A stretch of 64,000 bases of DNA, taken from assembly GCA_963777955.1 (NCBI GenBank), contig CAVZSQ010000023.1, forward strand, positions 1-64,000, in the 5' to 3' direction. Positions within the stretch are counted from its first letter, which is position 1. Every line of letters begins with the position of its first letter. Of this stretch, positions 62,224-64,000 are shown piece after piece. The notes under the pieces were generated by a model, which ran no database searches, was not told the DNA's origin, and worked only from the letters and a program-made list of their open reading frames with translations. The stretch is from Calditrichia bacterium. GTDB taxonomy: Bacteria; Calditrichota; Calditrichia; JAJRVZ01. The translations under genes were made by a program, and so were the position numbers.

Positions 62224-64000
62224 TTAAAACAGTTTTGTTACTGTTAAGGTATCGGTCAGTACCTCTTGTGAATTTTTACCGACCATGATTTCAAACTCAC
62301 CCGGTTGCACTACCCGCTTCATATCCAGGTTGAAGGCTTCGAGTTTCTCAGGAGTGATAGTGAATTTTACCGTACTGCTTTCCCCCGGAATCAGAGTAAG
62401 CCGTGCAAAATCTTTCAGTTCCCTGACCGGCCGGGTCGGCAGACTTACCAGATCACGAATATATAATTGTACAATTTCATCCCCTTGCACACTGCCGGTA
62501 TTGCTGATCTCCACACTGATCTCTGCGGTACCTGATGTAGTTATTTTAGCGGGTGTCAACTTCAAATTTTTATATTCAAACGTCGTATAACTCAAACCGA
62601 ATCCAAAAGGATAAAGCGGAGTGGTATCGGCCAGTACGTAGTTGCGATGCATGGTCGGTTTCTTATTATAGTAACAGGGCAATTGTCCAACCGAGCGCGG
62701 AAAAGTAATGGGCAGTTTGCCGGATGGATTTACTTTGCCAAAAAGTACGTCGGCAACAGCATGTCCGGTCTCCTGTCCCAGATACCAGCACTCTATGATC
62801 GCCGGGGCACTCTGTTGCAGATAGTTTATACTGATCGGACGTCCGTTGATTAACAGAATAACCACAGGCTTGCCGATGGCCAGGATTGCTTTGACCAGAT
62901 CATTCTGACTGCCAACCAGATTCAGGTCATCACGGTCGCCCCGATGCATTTCACTCCAGGCCTCGCGGCAAATCAGTTCATTTTCACCCAGCACCAGCAC
63001 TACGGCATCACTGGTTTTGGCTACCTGCACTGCTTCGGCAATGAGTTTGCGGTCATCTTCAGGATTACCCAGTATTGGATTTTCATTCACCCCCCAGTGA
63101 CATTCCTTATTCAGGGTCAGTTTGCATCCTTCAGTATACGTTACATCGAATTTACGGGCGGCGAAATCCAGTATACCCTCCAGAACACTCACTCCGGCCA
63201 TAGGCACTGCCGAGTAACCGCCCAGATGAATATCGGCAGCATTGGGACCGATGACAGCCAGGTTCTTTATTTTTGCCGGGTTCAGGGGGAGCGTGTTGTT
63301 TTCATTCTTCAATAACACCATGGCTTCATGAGCGGCTTTTAAAGCCAGGGCTTTGTGTTCTTTACTATTGGCGACTTTATCATACCGGTTGATATCAATA
63401 TAAGGGTAATCAAACAGGCCGCTGCTGAATTTTACCCGCAATACACTTGCGGCGGCCCGGTCGATATCCGCCACAGTTACCTCCCCATTTTTGACCTGCT
63501 CGACCAGGGAGCCGAAACAGCGTCCCCAGCTGCCCAGGTCATAATCCAGTCCGGCCTTGATCGAAAGCGCGCCGGATTCGGCAGGATTAGCTGCAGCGCG
63601 ATGATTGGTATAGGTAAGATCCATCCCGCCGCCGTCGCTCATTACATATCCTTGAAAGCCCCATTCATCACGTAATATTTCCGTTAATAACTTATGATTG
63701 ACATGGTTGGGAATCCCATCCCATTCATTATAAGAAGCCATGACCGATAAAGCCCCGCCCCGGCGGATAGCGATTTCAAAAGGATAGAGATGATTTTCAC
63801 GGAAGATCCGTTCAGAAAAATTAACCGGTGCCAGGTTGCGGCCCCCTTCTGATTGACCATGGCCGGCAAAATGTTTCAGGGTGACCACTAACCGATTCTG
63901 ATCGAGCATTTTAGTCACGGCCTTGCAGGCCGTACACCGCTGCCAGCCCTATACGCGAGACCAGATAGGCATCCTCACCGTAGCATTCCTCGGTGCGGCC
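62224..64000 (-). CDS. GH3 beta-glucosidase, 5'-truncated by the window
   Basis: 'EECYGEDAYL' at the window edge, 'LKHFAGHG', 'VMASYN', 'GYVMSDG', 'VLLKNE', 'NPSGKLPITFP', 'YPFGFGLSYTTF', FN3-like end. Confidence 0.93.

Overview
64 kb of bacterial DNA that reads like an FCB-group lineage outside Bacteroidota (KSB1/Calditrichota/Ignavibacteria-like). This is inferred from T9SS-style C-terminal sorting domains and PorV/PorQ-type barrels combined with canonical sigma70 promoters and GGAG ribosome-binding sites. Many genes are split by 1-bp indels without in-frame stops, which suggests long-read error. Most of the window (6.9-55.6 kb) is a large polysaccharide-utilisation region with no SusD. It holds two copies of a four-gene envelope module (TonB-dependent receptor, ~750-aa protein with FN3 and an atypical 'VVPNPY' CTD, dedicated PorV/PorQ-like barrel, IPT/TIG lipoprotein) and a third receptor. 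It also encodes GH31 x2, GH2, GH12, GH13, a clan GH-A enzyme, a CBM9-like protein, a complete oxidative L-fucose pathway, a Rid/TolB-like/DUF6057 trio and a CotH protein; a GH3 lies further right at the window end. Together these point to fucosylated xyloglucan as substrate. The non-coding DNA contains a tRNA-Leu(TAA) 3' remnant (probable att site), an orphan signal-peptide-to-CTD mini-gene, a decayed integron cassette array with one clear attC, and several families of tiny palindromes nested inside one another, one of which is tied to a gene-breaking 10-bp duplication.
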